From Phoronis australis (taxonomy: Eukaryota; Animalia; Phoronida), in the NCBI GenBank assembly GCA_002633005.1, contig NMRA01000085.1:351464-415463 (forward strand): a stretch of DNA of 64,000 nucleotides, read 5' to 3'. This document shows, one piece after another, positions 63,001-64,000 of this stretch (within the stretch, counting starts at the first letter, position 1; each line of letters starts with the position of its first letter). The position numbers and the translations under genes are program-made. Below the pieces are notes generated by a model, which ran no database searches, was not told the DNA's origin, and was given only the letters and a program-made list of their open reading frames with translations.

Positions 63001-63987
63001 TATGTTAATAAATTCATAGTTAACCAACACCTTGTTCGTTTTTATAAATGATAAATGCTCCACAAAACTGAATTTGTGGCAAAAAGTTGACGTTGAGCGT
63101 ACTTTCAAGAGGAAAATTTCCAAATAAACGCCCCACTGCCTGGACACTTGACACCACAAGTTGTAACACCAAATAAACGCCCATGGGTGTGTATTCGCAG
63201 AATTTTCCTAATAAACACCCATGGACGTTTTATAAGATGAGCTTATCTACAGAAAATCCAGGTATGATTACTATAAATATTTCCTACCACCACCACTACC
63301 ACTACCACTACCACCATCACNNNNNNNNNNNNNNNNNNNNNNNNNNCCACCACCATCACCACCACCACCACCACCACCACCACCACCACCACTGCTCCAA
63401 CTACCAGTAACTGCTACTGCTACAACTATTCTGACTATTACAGCCGCGTTTACTAACAACATAACTCTGTTACGTAGTTATACACTTAGTTATCATTATT
63501 AGTCCTCACCTCGTTTTCTTGAGTTCACAGAGAATATGTATCTCTCACCAAACTCGGGCACTCGTAAACCACAGTTACTGAGGGAGTTACGGTCGTGATC
63601 GGGGTTCATGCCGTAGAAGATGCGCTGAGAAGGGTGTGTGAGAGCCAACTAAAAGCAGATTAAATTCCATATAACTCGTAACATCGAAAAAGTTGCAGCT
63701 ATGATTTTCTTTCCCCTGACACCAAATACCTGAGAGATTTCTTTGAAATTTCATAGGGCTCTCTTGATCAAAATGTAATACCCTACCAAGGTCCTCTCCT
63801 CTCATTTTGTCCCATTTCTAATCTATAACCAGCATCAACTGTATTCACTAAAAGTAGTACACAAAACTGCAGTGCATACCCTCAGGAGGTAGGGGTCCTT
63901 AAACTTGTAACCAAGGTGTTCCTCCAGTATAGACAAACTTGCATGTAGTCTAAGATGGTTGATCAGCAGAGGCAACATCAGAGCATG
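47982..63987 (-). CDS. DROSHA: Drosha / ribonuclease 3 (RIIIDa, RIIIDb, dsRBD); 3' 11 coding exons, 5' part outside the window
   Basis: Exons (minus): 63880-63987, 63510-63648, 62693-62813, 61245-61344, 60550-60652, 58723-58996, 54053-54158, 52958-53105, 52363-52445, 51470-51576, 50964-51109 and terminal 47982-48052 (12 segments including the terminal one). All GT-AG and in phase. Peptide collinear with human DROSHA C-terminal half ([104 protein letters not shown]). Confidence 0.96.
49775..50239. mobile_element. Tc1/mariner-pogo-like MITE remnant in a Drosha intron
   Basis: Degenerate TIRs CTGTTAAAACTCGTTACAGCAAACC ... GGTTTGTAGTAACGCAACTTGACTG. Confidence 0.45.
50260..50553. mobile_element. 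MITE family C copy containing a nested family B copy (50319-50467)
   Basis: CAGTGGAGGATCCAG ... GAATCCGCCACAG enclosing CATACGCACACCCAG ... TGGGTGCGCGCATA. Confidence 0.65.
50964..51109 (-). CDS. DROSHA: Drosha exon (dsRBD)
   Basis: VVNQAGPTNTRVYTVAVYFRNKRLSKGFGSNIQTAEMNAAENALKEHD; AG/GT bounded. Confidence 0.92.
51470..51576 (-). CDS. DROSHA: Drosha exon (dsRBD start)
   Basis: YFILTQEWNDPKSLLQQCCLSLRRVDEETPDMPIY; AG/GT bounded. Confidence 0.93.
52363..52445 (-). CDS. DROSHA: Drosha exon (RIIIDb end)
   Basis: (S)FIGALYVDKGMSHCEAFCNAVFFPRLK; AG/GT bounded. Confidence 0.92.
52958..53105 (-). CDS. DROSHA: Drosha exon (RIIIDb)
   Basis: LLRSVLVNKNTQAAACDDLTLREYTIRSSAPEHAQAGVFTTKAKADLLE; AG/GT bounded. 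Confidence 0.92.
54053..54158 (-). CDS. DROSHA: Drosha exon (RIIIDb signature)
   Basis: [37 protein letters not shown]/GT bounded. Confidence 0.94.
54640..54738 (+). repeat. 18-bp minisatellite (GGATATTGGGCCCGTGAA x ~5.5)
   Basis: Five direct units with no spacers, one variant (CCAGTG), in a Drosha intron. Confidence 0.95.
57181..57916 (+). mobile_element. Helentron-associated non-autonomous element (HINE-like) in a Drosha intron
   Basis: Starts AAACAAGAG; internal repeats TGCCACTAGGRGG (x3); short GACA-like tract; 3' hairpin ATGCACC..GGTGCAT followed by an A run. This layout matches invertebrate HINE/pearl-like repeats. Confidence 0.55.
57634..58642 (+). repeat. Tandem duplication 57634-58137 / 58139-58642 across N at 58138 (probable assembly overlap)
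   Basis: ~504-bp copies almost identical, separated by a single n. Confidence 0.9.
58723..58996 (-). CDS. DROSHA: Drosha exon (RIIIDa end / RIIIDb start)
   Basis: (G)ALFIDGGYEVADRIF...HPLQVSEPDGDRHWIKASPLLQKL...[22 protein letters not shown]/GT bounded. Confidence 0.95.
59078..59293. mobile_element. Harbinger-like MITE in a Drosha intron
   Basis: CAGGCCTGTTTCTCAAA ... TTTGAGACACAGACCTG inverted termini. Confidence 0.55.
60550..60652 (-). CDS. DROSHA: Drosha exon (RIIIDa)
   Basis: NLHIDRYMLYIHGPDLCHEADLKHAIANCFEAIM; AG/GT bounded. Confidence 0.94.
61245..61344 (-). CDS. DROSHA: Drosha exon (RIIIDa)
   Basis: THLYFMFPDSDEGVLTAYRSALVQNQHLAVLGR; AG/GT bounded. Confidence 0.93.
62693..62813 (-). 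CDS. DROSHA: Drosha exon (RIIIDa signature)
   Basis: [41 protein letters not shown]/GT bounded. Confidence 0.95.
63285..63395. repeat. (CCA)n microsatellite containing an N gap
   Basis: CCA/CTA/TCA triplet run with 26 Ns at 63321-63346. Confidence 0.95.
63510..63648 (-). CDS. DROSHA: Drosha exon
   Basis: LALTHPSQRIFYGMNPDHDRNSLSNCGLRVPEFGERYIFSVNSRKR; AG/GT bounded. Confidence 0.93.
63880..63987 (-). CDS. DROSHA: Drosha exon (connector / RIIIDa start)
   Basis: HALMLPLLINHLRLHASLSILEEHLGYKFKDPYLLR; AG/GT bounded. Confidence 0.92.
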
Positions 63988-64000
63988 CTGCAAAGTAAGT

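Noticed and set aside
63183-63462. Poly-His / poly-Gly ORFs
   Set aside because: Translation of an intronic (CCA)n microsatellite with an N gap.
32469-63987. Functional linkage between Drosha and the neighbouring dsRNA-forming transposons
   Set aside because: Proximity in a repeat-rich animal genome is expected by chance; no sequence evidence of co-regulation.

Overview
Eukaryotic (animal) genomic DNA: AT-rich, with GT-AG introns, dense in repeats and containing single-N scaffold joins. The repeat landscape and gene content suggest a marine lophotrochozoan invertebrate (inference; the species cannot be fixed). Host genes: (i) the last 11 coding exons of a Drosha (class 2 RNase III) gene on the minus strand (47982-63987), reconstructed by hand with consistent splice phases. 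All catalytic residues are kept, but several normally conserved positions have drifted. (ii) Two tandem, intact, single-coding-exon sex-peptide/MIP-receptor-like GPCR paralogs (19720-20871 and 31061-32239, minus). The rest is transposon-derived. The most striking item is a young TTAA-flanked Kolobok-type element (32469-34161) with ~158-bp TIRs. An internal deletion has fused its THAP-transposase N-terminus and its convergent P2X7-C-terminus-like (KolX) gene into two open, overlapping antisense ORFs. It is nested in a Penelope relic just upstream of one GPCR. A second, older Kolobok derivative has the same architecture (38646-39967). Also present: a solo-LTR-like sequence with a cluster of heat-shock elements before its TATA box (9813-10553), Academ, THAP, LINE, Penelope, SINE and Helentron-like relics, many MITEs, and three tandem duplications next to N gaps that are probably uncollapsed haplotypes. 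No prokaryotic features or CRISPR arrays.
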